The notes under the pieces were generated by a model. The model saw only the letters and a list, made by a program, of their open reading frames with translations. It ran no database searches and was not told the DNA's origin. Of a DNA stretch of 60,660 bases, positions 1 through 8,421 are shown in pieces (positions within the stretch are counted from its first letter, which is position 1; each line of letters starts with the position of its first letter). This stretch comes from a virus (Duplodnaviria > Caudoviricetes): positions 1-60,660 of the IMG/VR virus record IMGVR_UViG_3300032046_000026; one strand, written 5' to 3'. The position numbers were made by a program, and so were the translations under genes.

Positions 1-155
1 ACCGCTTGCTCGGGCAGCAGGGCCGGAACCAATTGGCCAGCTGCATGTTGGCGTCGTAAGGGTGCTGGCGCTCGGGGTCGGCCTGGCGATCCCAGCGGTC
101 GGGATCGGGGTAGTAGCCTTCCTGCGCCTTTGGCGGGCGCGCGCCGAAGTCGCGC
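1..155. repeat. Terminal direct repeat / circular assembly overlap, left copy
   Basis: Identical to 60506-60660 except T34 vs C60539. Confidence 0.95.
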
Positions 156-1435
156 CAGAAGGCGCGCGGGTTGCCCTCGCCGTCGAACATCTCCCACAGT
201 TGATCCTGGGTGAAGTTGCGGTTGGCTTCCCAGCTGGCCAGCTGCAGCCCGAACATGCGCGGGTGCTTTTGCCGGCCTTCGTCGTCAACCTTGAGCGCGT
301 CTTCCAGCAGCCGCATGGCCTTGTCGCGTTCCCATTCGGGGCTGGACAGCACCAGCACGCGGCCCGCGTCCTTGAAGGTGGCGGTGGTGGCGCTCATTTG
401 GTCATACACCATGTCCGCATTATCGCGGCCCTCGGTGTCCTTGAACCGCGCCAGTTCGTCCAGGATCACCATAAAGCTGGTGGCGCCCACCTGGCTGGTG
501 GCCCTGCTGTGGCCGCAGCGGATCACGATGTTCTTTGGCAGGCGGATTTCCAGCCCGCTGATTTCGGCCTGGGGGCGCAGCTGGGCGAACCAATCACCGC
601 CGGTATCGAGGCGATCCTTGATATGCTTGAACACGTTGTTGCGGGCCTGGCGCTCGCTGGGGGCCAGGTTGACGATCTGGATCTCCTGGTTAGGCGCCAG
701 GCCGTAGTACGCCTGGGGATCGGCCAGGGCAAGCAGCTGATAGACCGCATACCACACCACCACGCTGCCGATCACGCCCTTGCCGCTGCGCATGCCGCAC
801 ACCAGGATCAGCGTGCGGTAGCCGTTGGTCGGGTTCATGAACTCGACCAGGACGGCCTCCTGCATTGGGAACATGCGCGTGATGTTGCCCAGGCCGCAGA
901 AGGCGGGATCGGTGGCAAAGGTAAGGGCGTCAACCTGGCCGCCTGGGCCTGCGCCAGCTGGTGGCCCACCTGGCGTCAGCAGGCCGGCGATCTCGGGCTG
1001 GCCGCCGTCCAGCATGGCCTGCTGCATGTTGACGAAGAAGGGCGGCGAATCAACCCGCACGCCCAGGGCGCGGGCGATGTCGTCGGTGGCGTCGCTGGCG
1101 ATCATCAGCGCCCGCATGCGGGCCTGGGCGGTGAGGCCGGTGTTCTGGTGGTCGATCATGGCCTGGCGCAGTATCTCGCGCTTCATGCCCACGTACTGGG
1201 TCAGCACCGGCAGGCCCAGCACTTCGCGCACCTCGGTCTGGTCGGCTTTGTGGATCGCAACCAGGTCGTCAAGGATCGCCTGGTAGGGGGCCTTCTGATC
1301 AGCAACCAGCTGCGGCAGTTCAGCCTTGATCCGTTCAAGGATGCCCGAGGGCGTGTAGCCCATCAGGTCAAGCTGGCGCACGTGCCGCCGGCGCTGGGCG
1401 ATGTCTTCAGCAGGTTTGCGAACGATGGACGCCAT
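1..1435 (-). CDS. terL: Terminase large subunit, 5' part (ATPase domain plus a ~140-aa N-terminal extension); continues across the join to 59946, ~664 aa total
   Basis: Not in the ORF track because it runs off the end. Manual translation from ATG 1435 gives MASIVRKPAED..., Walker A LILVCGMRSGKG and Walker B FMVILDE; in frame with 59946..60551. Confidence 0.92.
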   Translation of the reverse strand, partial: MASIVRKPAEDIAQRRRHVRQLDLMGYTPSGILERIKAELPQLVADQKAPYQAILDDLVAIHKADQTEVREVLGLPVLTQYVGMKREILRQAMIDHQNTGLTAQARMRALMIASDATDDIARALGVRVDSPPFFVNMQQAMLDGGQPEIAGLLTPGGPPAGAGPGGQVDALTFATDPAFCGLGNITRMFPMQEAVLVEFMNPTNGYRTLILVCGMRSGKGVIGSVVVWYAVYQLLALADPQAYYGLAPNQEIQIVNLAPSERQARNNVFKHIKDRLDTGGDWFAQLRPQAEISGLEIRLPKNIVIRCGHSRATSQVGATSFMVILDELARFKDTEGRDNADMVYDQMSATTATFKDAGRVLVLSSPEWERDKAMRLLEDALKVDDEGRQKHPRMFGLQLASWEANRNFTQDQLWEMFDGEGNPRAFWRDFGARPPKAQEGYYPDPDRWDRQADPERQHPYDANMQLANWFRPCCPSKR

Positions 1436-1443
1436 TGGCGCAC

Positions 1444-1471
1444 ATTTTACACCCTGGCAAGCCTCAGTCTA
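1444..1471 (-). promoter_or_regulatory. Putative sigma70 promoter for terminase (leaderless)
   Basis: TAGACT-N16-TAAAAT, 8 nt before ATG 1435, no SD. Confidence 0.45.
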
Positions 1472-1617
1472 GGGGCCGCGAACCTGGCGCGGGGGATTGG
1501 CCGGTTCCGTTTTCGCCGCCTCATATGAGATCGAAAAAGCGGAACCGTTGAATCTGCGGATGCTTGACCGGCCAGTTATTGCAGGGTGGCACTTGTTAAG
1601 TAAGCGGCCCCAGGGGC

Positions 1618-1646
1618 TTGCCATTGCCCCCCGCAGCGGTTATCCT
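1618..1646 (+). promoter_or_regulatory. Sigma70 promoter with partial operator, leaderless
   Basis: TTGCCA-N17-TATCCT, 6 nt before ATG 1653; contains CCGCAGCGGTTA. Confidence 0.6.
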
Positions 1647-1652
1647 TGTCGC

Positions 1653-1886
1653 ATGCGAATCAAGGTGATCAACCGGCGGCGGGCACCCGATTATTTTCCC
1701 TACTACAAGGTGCAATTTTGGTCGGCGCGGGATCGCGCGTGGCTGGATGCCCAAAAACGCTTCCCGACGCCCGAGGCGGCTTGCGAGTACGGGGCCGCCC
1801 AGGTGCGTGGCTCGTGGCGGATCATGGAAGTGACGCGCACGGGCCGCCGGCCGTTGCAGACGTTTGAGCCGCCGCCAGCAGCTTGA
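1653..1886 (+). CDS. Hypothetical protein (77 aa)
   Basis: MRIKVINRRR..., globular-looking, directly after promoter. Confidence 0.7.
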   Translation: MRIKVINRRRAPDYFPYYKVQFWSARDRAWLDAQKRFPTPEAACEYGAAQVRGSWRIMEVTRTGRRPLQTFEPPPAA

Positions 1887-1901
1887 GATGGTGCCACTGA
1901 T

Positions 1902-2240
1902 TTGCCTCGAAATCTACGCCGTGACGATGTTCCTTATGGCCAGGATCGCGTGGTACTACGGCACAAAAAAGCCCTAAGCGGGTGTCGCCACCACGGCGAT
2001 TGCTTCACCTGCCCCTTCGCTGACTGCATAGCGGACAACGACGACATCGCGGGCTTTGTACCCGACCGGCCCGTGGGCCATGGGCGCGGCTGGCCCCGTT
2101 ATCGAGCGTGTTGCGACACCATGAGGGCGGACGGTTGCCCGTGCCCGTTGCCTGGGGTTCGTAAGGTGGGGAACCGCATGCTGTGCGCGCGCCACGCCGA
2201 CCGAGCAGAACGCCGCCTTATTGGCCAGCCTGCCGCATAA
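1902..2240 (+). CDS. Cys-rich hypothetical protein (putative Zn binding)
   Basis: GCRHHGDCFTCPFADC and CC...CPC...LCARH clusters; fills the gap between genes. Confidence 0.55.
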   Translation: MPRNLRRDDVPYGQDRVVLRHKKALSGCRHHGDCFTCPFADCIADNDDIAGFVPDRPVGHGRGWPRYRACCDTMRADGCPCPLPGVRKVGNRMLCARHADRAERRLIGQPAA

Positions 2241-2730
2241 TGTTGCCGCCGGCTGCCACCAGCCGGTTGAGCGGCGCTTCCTCCTCGTACTCCGTGCCCA
2301 CGCCGCAATCGTAGACGGCCACGAATTCAGTCCGCGGATAGGCCCAGCGCAGGGCCAGCAGCGTTTCGCCGCTGCCCGTGGGCACCATGTAGGGGCCTTG
2401 GCCGAGATCGCCCACTTCCTCCCGCAGCGCCGTGGCCAGCTGGGCCATAAGGGGCAGGGGCAGGTGGCCAGGCGTGGCGTCAAACAGGTCGGGCCAGGCG
2501 CGATGAATTTCCTCTAGCGTCCACCACTTGCCTGGCTGCAGCGGGCCGCCAGGCGACACCTCGATCACATAGAGGCCGCCGTTGAGGCCCACCCACGACC
2601 GCAGGGCGCGGGCCGCGTTGCCGCAGCTGAAAATGACGGCGCCGCGATAGCCGCCGCTGACGACGTGCCGGCCAATGATCGCGCTGCGGATTTCCTTACG
2701 GCGGGGGATAGGCAGCGGTTCCGCCTGCAT
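2218..2730 (-). CDS. Small PLP-dependent enzyme, fold type II (TrpB/cysteine synthase-like)
   Basis: VIFSCGNAARAL (SxGN motif), MVPTGSGETLL (phosphate-binding loop), candidate Lys in RKEIRS. Confidence 0.7.
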   Translation of the reverse strand: MQAEPLPIPRRKEIRSAIIGRHVVSGGYRGAVIFSCGNAARALRSWVGLNGGLYVIEVSPGGPLQPGKWWTLEEIHRAWPDLFDATPGHLPLPLMAQLATALREEVGDLGQGPYMVPTGSGETLLALRWAYPRTEFVAVYDCGVGTEYEEEAPLNRLVAAGGNIMRQAGQ

Positions 2731-4165
2731 CACCTTGCGCCTCCACGTCGCCTGCCTCAATGGTGTCGGGGAAGTTGGCCGGTATCGCCTGCAGTTCGCC
2801 CTTGAAGAACACCAGCACGTTTTGGTGGCCCTTGCCCAGCTTGCGGTGGTGGGTGAACTGGCTGCTCACGCGGATCGGCAGGCTGCCCACGGGCGTGATG
2901 AAGGTGGCCTCGTTGTAGTAGTGCAGGCCCAGGGCGACGAAACCGGCCATGTTGTCGCCCACGAAGTTGCGGTAGGCGCCGGCCTTGTCGCGTATCTCGC
3001 CCACCTTGACGACGACGAAGCGGTTATCGCGCAGCCGCGCCACCGCCTGGGCGAAGACGCGCCAGTAGAAGGCCATGAACTCGGGGTAGGTGGGGAGGGC
3101 GCTGGCGTCCGCCTGGCTGTAGATTTCCAGATCGTAGTAGGGCGGGCTGGTGAAAATCAGGTCGTACTGCGCGCCGGCGGGCAGCAGCCCGTCCAGCTGC
3201 TCGGCGTCGCCGAATATCCACTGGGGCACCAGGTGCAGGGCGTCGGCCTGGGCAACGTTCGCCTCTACCTGCTCGGGCCTGATCTCGATGCCGGTGTACT
3301 GATAGCCCAGGTATTCGGCCACGATCCCCTTGGTGCTTTCGCCGGCGAAGGGATCGAGCACGGCGCCACCAGGTGGACAGAACCACCGGCAGGCCAACTC
3401 GGCCAGCACGGGGTCAAAGATGCTGCTGCCGCTGCCCGTCCAGCCCGTGTCGCCTGGCTGGTAGCTGCCCCAGTTGGCGCGATCCACCGACTTGCTGATC
3501 ATATCGCCGCGCCGGCCAGCGGCAGGGTCAAATGGTTTCCGCAGTTTGGGATTTGATCCAGCCTGCCGGCGACTGGCGGCGCCGCCAAAGCCAACAAGGT
3601 CGCTGGCGCGGCCTTCTTGCGGCGCCACGCCCAGGGCCAACCAGGCCCGCTTGCGATCCTGCCAGTAGCCTTGGCGCGCGTCCAGAACCGAGAAGGGCGG
3701 CACAATGAACCGCTCGGTTAGCTTTCGCCGGCCCTCGCTTGCCGTCATGTGCCCCGTGCCGGCCAGCAGGGCGATCTCGTCGTCGGTGAAGCCGGTAAGG
3801 CTTAGGTCGCCGCCGGCCAGGCGGATTTCCTCCTGGTGCAGCGCCAACTCGGCTTCGTTCCAGCGGCCGGTGATCCGGTTGAGGGCTTCGTTCAGCACCA
3901 TGGCGTCAACCTTGCTGACGTTGACGTACACCACGGGGATCTCCGTCATGCCCATGGCCACGGCGGCTTCCACCCGCTGGTGCCCGCCGATGATGCGCTT
4001 GTCCTGGGCGCGCACCACGATGGGGTCAACAAAGCCCCACCTGTCGAGGGCGCGCTGCAGCGCCTCCATTTCCGCCGGCGGCATAATGCGCGGGTTGCGT
4101 GCGGCCGGTTTCAGGCTGGCGGGGTCGACGTAGCGAATCTCAAGGGGCTTCTTGAGCGTGGGCAT
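2696..4165 (-). CDS. ParB N-terminal domain fused to an amino (N6A/N4C) DNA methyltransferase
   Basis: RNPR...WGFVDPIVV...IIGGHQRV (ParB); VLDPFAG (motif I); IFTSPPYY (motif IV). Confidence 0.88.
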   Translation of the reverse strand: MPTLKKPLEIRYVDPASLKPAARNPRIMPPAEMEALQRALDRWGFVDPIVVRAQDKRIIGGHQRVEAAVAMGMTEIPVVYVNVSKVDAMVLNEALNRITGRWNEAELALHQEEIRLAGGDLSLTGFTDDEIALLAGTGHMTASEGRRKLTERFIVPPFSVLDARQGYWQDRKRAWLALGVAPQEGRASDLVGFGGAASRRQAGSNPKLRKPFDPAAGRRGDMISKSVDRANWGSYQPGDTGWTGSGSSIFDPVLAELACRWFCPPGGAVLDPFAGESTKGIVAEYLGYQYTGIEIRPEQVEANVAQADALHLVPQWIFGDAEQLDGLLPAGAQYDLIFTSPPYYDLEIYSQADASALPTYPEFMAFYWRVFAQAVARLRDNRFVVVKVGEIRDKAGAYRNFVGDNMAGFVALGLHYYNEATFITPVGSLPIRVSSQFTHHRKLGKGHQNVLVFFKGELQAIPANFPDTIEAGDVEAQGDAGGTAAYPPP

Positions 4166-4637
4166 ACTCCACCCGATCAGCAACGTGGTTGGCCAGGCTG
4201 GTGGACGACCAGGGGCCGTGCCGGCCCAGGGCCATGGTGTAGATGTGCAGCCGCACCGCCTCGGCCGTCTCGGGCACCGCCTCGTCGGCGCGGCAGAAGT
4301 AGCGATCCGGCCTGATCCTGCGCATCACGTCGCAAAGCGAATCCGCCGTGTCAAGCCCGACAATGCGCCACACGGCGCGCAGGCCCTCGATGATGGAGCA
4401 CCGATCAGCCCAGGGCAGGAACGGCCGGCCTTCGCCTTTGAGCACGGCCACACGGGCGTCTGTATCGACACCCACCACCAGCAGGTCGCAGAGCGACGCC
4501 GCCTGCTCAAGCATGGCCACGTGGCCAGGGTGCAGCAGATCGTAGCACCCGTTCGTGATCCCGATGGTGGGCTTGGTGTGCAGGCGCGCCTTCACCACGT
4601 CCTGGGCCAGTTCTGCCAGGCTAACCACCAGCGACAT
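4140..4637 (-). CDS. rfaE2: Heptose-1-phosphate adenylyltransferase-like (HldE/RfaE domain II, cytidylyltransferase family)
   Basis: ITNGCYDLLHPGHV (HxGH), LVVGVDTDARVAVLKGEGRP, C-terminal SSTS. Confidence 0.85.
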   Translation of the reverse strand: MSLVVSLAELAQDVVKARLHTKPTIGITNGCYDLLHPGHVAMLEQAASLCDLLVVGVDTDARVAVLKGEGRPFLPWADRCSIIEGLRAVWRIVGLDTADSLCDVMRRIRPDRYFCRADEAVPETAEAVRLHIYTMALGRHGPWSSTSLANHVADRVEYAHAQEAP

Positions 4638-5451
4638 CGATCTCCTCCCAGGGCACCGTGGCCCCGAATTCAGGCTTGCGGATGCGCAGGCCAGCCGCCC
4701 AGGCGGCCAGGTGCAGCGCGTCCTGCCGGCTCAACTTGGCGGCGGCCAGGCCAGCGGCCACAAAGGTGGCCAGGAACACGTCGCCCGCGCCGCTGGTGTT
4801 GAGGATCGGCCGGCTGTCCAGCAGGGCCGGCACGCGCACCACACCCGCATCGACCACCAGGACAGCGCCGGCAGGGCCGCCGGTGATCAGCAGGGGCACG
4901 GCGTCAAGGCCAAGGCCGGCCTGCAACGCGAACAGTTCCGCGTCGCTGGGTTCGGCCAGCAGATCAAGGCCCAGGTCGATCCCGCTCACCTTCACCACGT
5001 CGAAACCCTCCCAGCCGGTGGCGGGGATCACGCGGCTGTCGCCCACCAGGCGGCAGCCAAGGCCGCGCAGGTAGGCCATGAGGGCCACGGTGGGCGGTGC
5101 CCCCTGGTAGTCCACGAACACCGCCGCTGCCGGCGCTGTCAGTTGCGGCCACAGGCCGGCGTAGCGTTCGGGCCAGGGATCGTCAACGCGGAACACCTGC
5201 CGTCCGTCCACGACGTAGCGGCTTTTCGACGTTTCAGACAGCGCCACCAGGTGGTTGGGCACGCCCAGGGCATGCAGCTGGTTGGCCACGTAGGCGGCGC
5301 AGCCTGGGAACCGCGTGTGTTTGCCGGAAACAAAAACCGGCAGGGGCACCTCCCGCGATAGGCGGGCGGCCCCTGCCGGTATGATCACGTCGTCGCATAC
5401 GTCGCCGATAACGAGGACTGTTCCGCAACCCTCCCAGGGCGGTGCCTTCAT
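4621..5451 (-). CDS. rfaE1: Heptose-7-phosphate kinase-like (HldE/RfaE domain I, PfkB family)
   Basis: VLVIGDVCDD...RLSREVPLPV...PGCAAYVANQL...TSKSRY...QVFRVD; PfkB signature NTSGAGDVF. Confidence 0.82.
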   Translation of the reverse strand: MKAPPWEGCGTVLVIGDVCDDVIIPAGAARLSREVPLPVFVSGKHTRFPGCAAYVANQLHALGVPNHLVALSETSKSRYVVDGRQVFRVDDPWPERYAGLWPQLTAPAAAVFVDYQGAPPTVALMAYLRGLGCRLVGDSRVIPATGWEGFDVVKVSGIDLGLDLLAEPSDAELFALQAGLGLDAVPLLITGGPAGAVLVVDAGVVRVPALLDSRPILNTSGAGDVFLATFVAAGLAAAKLSRQDALHLAAWAAGLRIRKPEFGATVPWEEIDVAGG

Positions 5452-5687
5452 GCGGCCTTGCCTTTCCCCCTACGCCGCCCGTCACGCTGCCGGTAGCGGT
5501 GCGCCAGGCCCACCAGGGCCAGGGCCAGCATTTCGGGGTGCTGGATCGGTTGCAGGCCGTTTTCCCAACGGCTCATGGTATTGGGGCCAAGGCCCAGGTC
5601 GTCGGAAACAACGGCCTGGCTCTTGCCCCAGCGCCGGCGGAAGTCGCGCAGCATTTCAGGGGTCGCCACGGGTTGTTTCATGCCCAC
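5448..5687 (-). CDS. XRE/Cro-family HTH regulator
   Basis: LRDFRRRWGKSQAVVSDDLGLGPNTMSRWENG. Confidence 0.88.
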   Translation of the reverse strand: MGMKQPVATPEMLRDFRRRWGKSQAVVSDDLGLGPNTMSRWENGLQPIQHPEMLALALVGLAHRYRQRDGRRRGKGKAA

Positions 5688-5726
5688 CCTCCTGGCGTCC
5701 CATTATGCCGCCACGGCCATGGGCCG

Positions 5727-6008
5727 TCAAGCGGGCAAGGCGGCGTGATCTTCGCTTTCGGCATAGGCGACGGCCCTCACGGTGTGGTGCCAGGCCCCGC
5801 CCGCGCAACTGCGATGGATCGGGTGGTGGCAGACGGAGCACACGCCGTCGCCCATATCCTGCATGTCGCGCACGGCCTTGCCCCACAGTTCGTCCGTCTC
5901 CTGACGGCCTTCGTTCTTGCCCAGTAGGTAGCTGATCCCGCAGCCCGCGATTGCGAACACCAGCAGGATCAAGATGTCGATGGCGTCGGGGTTAGTTAAC
6001 GCCTGCAT
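5727..6008 (-). CDS. Small membrane protein with a C-terminal Cys/His cluster
   Basis: N-terminal TM helix, CSVCHHP; SD GAGGA. Confidence 0.7.
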   Translation of the reverse strand: MQALTNPDAIDILILLVFAIAGCGISYLLGKNEGRQETDELWGKAVRDMQDMGDGVCSVCHHPIHRSCAGGAWHHTVRAVAYAESEDHAALPA

Positions 6009-6729
6009 GTGGTTCCTCCTTCCCCGTGCGGGCCTGCAGCCAGGCGGCGATCTCGCCGGCGGTGATCCGCCAGGTGCCGTCGCCGTCCCATTTTGCCACG
6101 TAGGCCCATTTGAAGTCTTGGTGGTAGCGCACGGCTATGCCGTCGCTGGTCACGTGCATGAGCAGCGCCAGGGCCAGCTGCGCCGGCCCGCTGCCCCCGT
6201 AGCCCCAGCTGAACCCTGTGGGGCTGTGGTTGAACAGCCGCAACGATGCCTGGTGGGGTAGGTGGCGGCCGTCCACCTCCACCACGTGGGCGCGCTTGCC
6301 CACGAACAAGGCCTCGCCGCTGGCCAGGCGCCGGCAGGCTTCGCAGCCTACGTCGTCCTGGTCGAGCAAGGCCAGGCGCCGGCGCAGGCCGCCCTCGCAA
6401 CAGAGTGCGCGGTAGCCCTCGGGTTCGCCGGCCACATACCAGTGGGTGATCCTGTGATCGTGGCTGCCAGCACGGCGCTCGGCGGCCGCGATCCCGTCCG
6501 GTGCGGTTTGGTTCATCTGCATCCTCCAAACGTCGATCCTGCGCCTGCATTGCATGCAGGTCACTTCCGACAGTCGGCCAGCCTGGTTGACCGACCGCAG
6601 TTCGCGGCGGTGGTGGCTGTGGCCGCACAGAGTCTTGAAGGCCCCGCTGTTGTCGCACACCACCACCAGGTGCCACACCTTACCGCCGCGCAAGGCGGCG
6701 AGCGGCGCCCTTTGTTGGCTTGTGCCCAT
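5992..6729 (-). CDS. DUF6166-like protein with two N-terminal Zn-finger-like repeats
   Basis: NHSPTGFSWGYGGSGPAQLALALL; TLCG..VTCMQC and ALCC..VGCEAC. Confidence 0.75.
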   Translation of the reverse strand: MGTSQQRAPLAALRGGKVWHLVVVCDNSGAFKTLCGHSHHRRELRSVNQAGRLSEVTCMQCRRRIDVWRMQMNQTAPDGIAAAERRAGSHDHRITHWYVAGEPEGYRALCCEGGLRRRLALLDQDDVGCEACRRLASGEALFVGKRAHVVEVDGRHLPHQASLRLFNHSPTGFSWGYGGSGPAQLALALLMHVTSDGIAVRYHQDFKWAYVAKWDGDGTWRITAGEIAAWLQARTGKEEPHAGVN

Positions 6730-6967
6730 GGCCCCTCCTTCCTGCCACGCGGCGCCGGCCGCGCCAGAGGCGGCCGTTGGCCCGCGTGATGTAGCTGTTC
6801 CGGTGGCCGTTCGTGGTGAGAATCATCTTGCTGGCCCCGCAGGTGCAGGCCCAGCCCTCGGTCTTGGCGTAGTCGTGGCCGATCCTGGCCACCACGTTGC
6901 CAGGATCGCCTTCGGGGTCGATGGGCGACGCCGGCACCCATTTATGCGTGTGGCTGGTGGGGGTCAT
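6680..6967 (-). CDS. Hypothetical protein
   Basis: SD GGAGGG, HTHKW...WACTCG. Confidence 0.6.
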   Translation of the reverse strand: MTPTSHTHKWVPASPIDPEGDPGNVVARIGHDYAKTEGWACTCGASKMILTTNGHRNSYITRANGRLWRGRRRVAGRRGHGHKPTKGAARRLARR

Positions 6968-7172
6968 ACCGTACCCTCCCTTCCGCCTTGGCGGCCGCGC
7001 CGGCCTGCATGATCACGCCGTAGCAGGCCTCGGCGATCTTGAGGCGGCCGCTGAAGTACAGGCGGCAGTCGCCGCGCCGCAGCACGGCGCTGACAGCGTT
7101 GAATAGCTGGCCACAGGCCGCGTCCGCCATATCGAACGGCGGCAGTTTGGCAGGCTGGTGGTTGTCACCCAT
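6942..7172 (-). CDS. Hypothetical protein
   Basis: Overlaps and is coupled to the upstream gene; SD present. Confidence 0.6.
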   Translation of the reverse strand: MGDNHQPAKLPPFDMADAACGQLFNAVSAVLRRGDCRLYFSGRLKIAEACYGVIMQAGAAAKAEGRVRYDPHQPHA

Positions 7173-8094
7173 CTTGGCCCCCCTCTCCGTCCAGCACGTC
7201 GATCAGGTCGGCCACGTCGCCCCAGTGGCGGGCGGTGCGCTGCAGTAGGCCACGCCCCCGCTCCTGGTCGGCCTGGGCCTGGCGCCAGTCCGCCTCATCG
7301 ATCAGGTCGCCCTGCACGGCGTCCCTGATCAGGGCGGCAATCACCTGCGGTTGCAGGGCGTCCAGTTCCCAGGATTCTCGGCCGTATTCGGCCAGGTAGC
7401 CGGCAAACCGCGAGTCGGTGATCTTGGCAGGGTTCGGCGGCGGGCCGTATTGGCGCACCTGATCCATCGACAGGCCCAGGCGCCGCACCTCCACGTTGCC
7501 GACGAACAGGTCAAGGCGCGCCTGAATGTCGCGCGTCATGTCGATCCCGCTGGGGTCGTGGTCGCCCAGGTGCAGCACTATGGCGTCCTGGCCATTGGCG
7601 TGGTAGCCGGCCAGGCGTTGGGCGTTGGCCCACATCGAGCTTTGCGACACGTAGCCGCGACAGCTGAAATAGGGCACCGCCAACTCCTCGCAAACGCCGG
7701 CGATCACGCCGGTGAGGGCGTCCTTTTCGATCCACACTTCGGGCCGGCAGGGCTGGTTGGCCCACACGTCGGTGCGGAACTGGCGGGCCGCGCTGGCGAT
7801 CACGTCCCTGGGGCCGGCCCAGTAGGGCTTTTCCTCAAGTTCGCGCGTGCGGTCGCTGATCCGATCCCAGTCGATCAGGCCGGCCAGGCGGGCATCGTTG
7901 ATGATGCTGCCCAGGCGTTTGTACTCCCGTTCGCGGTTGGCGATCCAGCCACGGGCCACGAACTGGTAAAAGAGCTGGCGTAGGGTGAGGTCGAACCCCT
8001 GGGCCTCATACTCGGCCAGGATCACGTTGGCGCGGTCGATGATCGCCTGGGTGCCTGGCGCAAACGCACGGTCGATATAACTGATCTTCGGCAT
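7165..8094 (-). CDS. Topoisomerase VI-A/Spo11-like winged-helix + Toprim protein
   Basis: LTLRQLFYQ (catalytic Tyr region), EVWIEKDAL, RGY, HLGDHDPSG (Toprim DxD). Confidence 0.82.
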   Translation of the reverse strand: MPKISYIDRAFAPGTQAIIDRANVILAEYEAQGFDLTLRQLFYQFVARGWIANREREYKRLGSIINDARLAGLIDWDRISDRTRELEEKPYWAGPRDVIASAARQFRTDVWANQPCRPEVWIEKDALTGVIAGVCEELAVPYFSCRGYVSQSSMWANAQRLAGYHANGQDAIVLHLGDHDPSGIDMTRDIQARLDLFVGNVEVRRLGLSMDQVRQYGPPPNPAKITDSRFAGYLAEYGRESWELDALQPQVIAALIRDAVQGDLIDEADWRQAQADQERGRGLLQRTARHWGDVADLIDVLDGEGGQDG

Positions 8095-8103
8095 GGTGCC
8101 CTC

Positions 8104-8343
8104 CTAGTAGGTGGTGGGGCCGTGCACGCGCAGGGCCTCATCAACTTGCTCGAAAGGGCCGTCAACCATGGCCGACCGCACCCGCTTGCGCTGGCCGCCG
8201 TTAAGGGCCTGCAGGCCCCACAGCAGCGCCCGATATTGGCTCCTGGCGGCCACCCTGCGCTTGAACGTCTCCTCGGGCAGGCGTGCGCTGGCCTCAAGGA
8301 GCATTGTCACCCGATACCAGTGGGCGGGTAGTTTGGGTTTCAT
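8104..8343 (-). CDS. Hypothetical protein
   Basis: SD AAGGAG before ATG 8343. Confidence 0.65.
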   Translation of the reverse strand: MKPKLPAHWYRVTMLLEASARLPEETFKRRVAARSQYRALLWGLQALNGGQRKRVRSAMVDGPFEQVDEALRVHGPTTY

Positions 8344-8367
8344 TGTCGCTCTCCTTCCGGCTCTAAC

Positions 8368-8415
8368 GTCCGCCCAGGCCCGCACCTGGGCAGGCGAAGG
8401 GGCCGGAAGCCCCTC
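8368..8415 (-). repeat. Intergenic twin-hairpin element, copy 2
   Basis: GAGGGGC-TTCCG-GCCCCTTC followed by CTGCCCAGGT-GCGG-GCCTGGGCGG. Confidence 0.6.
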
Positions 8416-8421
8416 CGGTGT

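Noticed and set aside
1472-1483. 12-mer GGGGCCGCGAAC shared with the sigma-gene promoter spacer (about 22623-22634)
   Set aside because: Only two copies, GC-rich, and different orientation and position relative to the promoters; could be chance
62-1528. 488-aa plus-strand ORF, and similar long plus-strand ORFs such as 8431-9555, 29233-30906 and 38232-39656
   Set aside because: Antisense shadows of GC-rich minus-strand genes; they have no motifs while the opposite strand has clear ones
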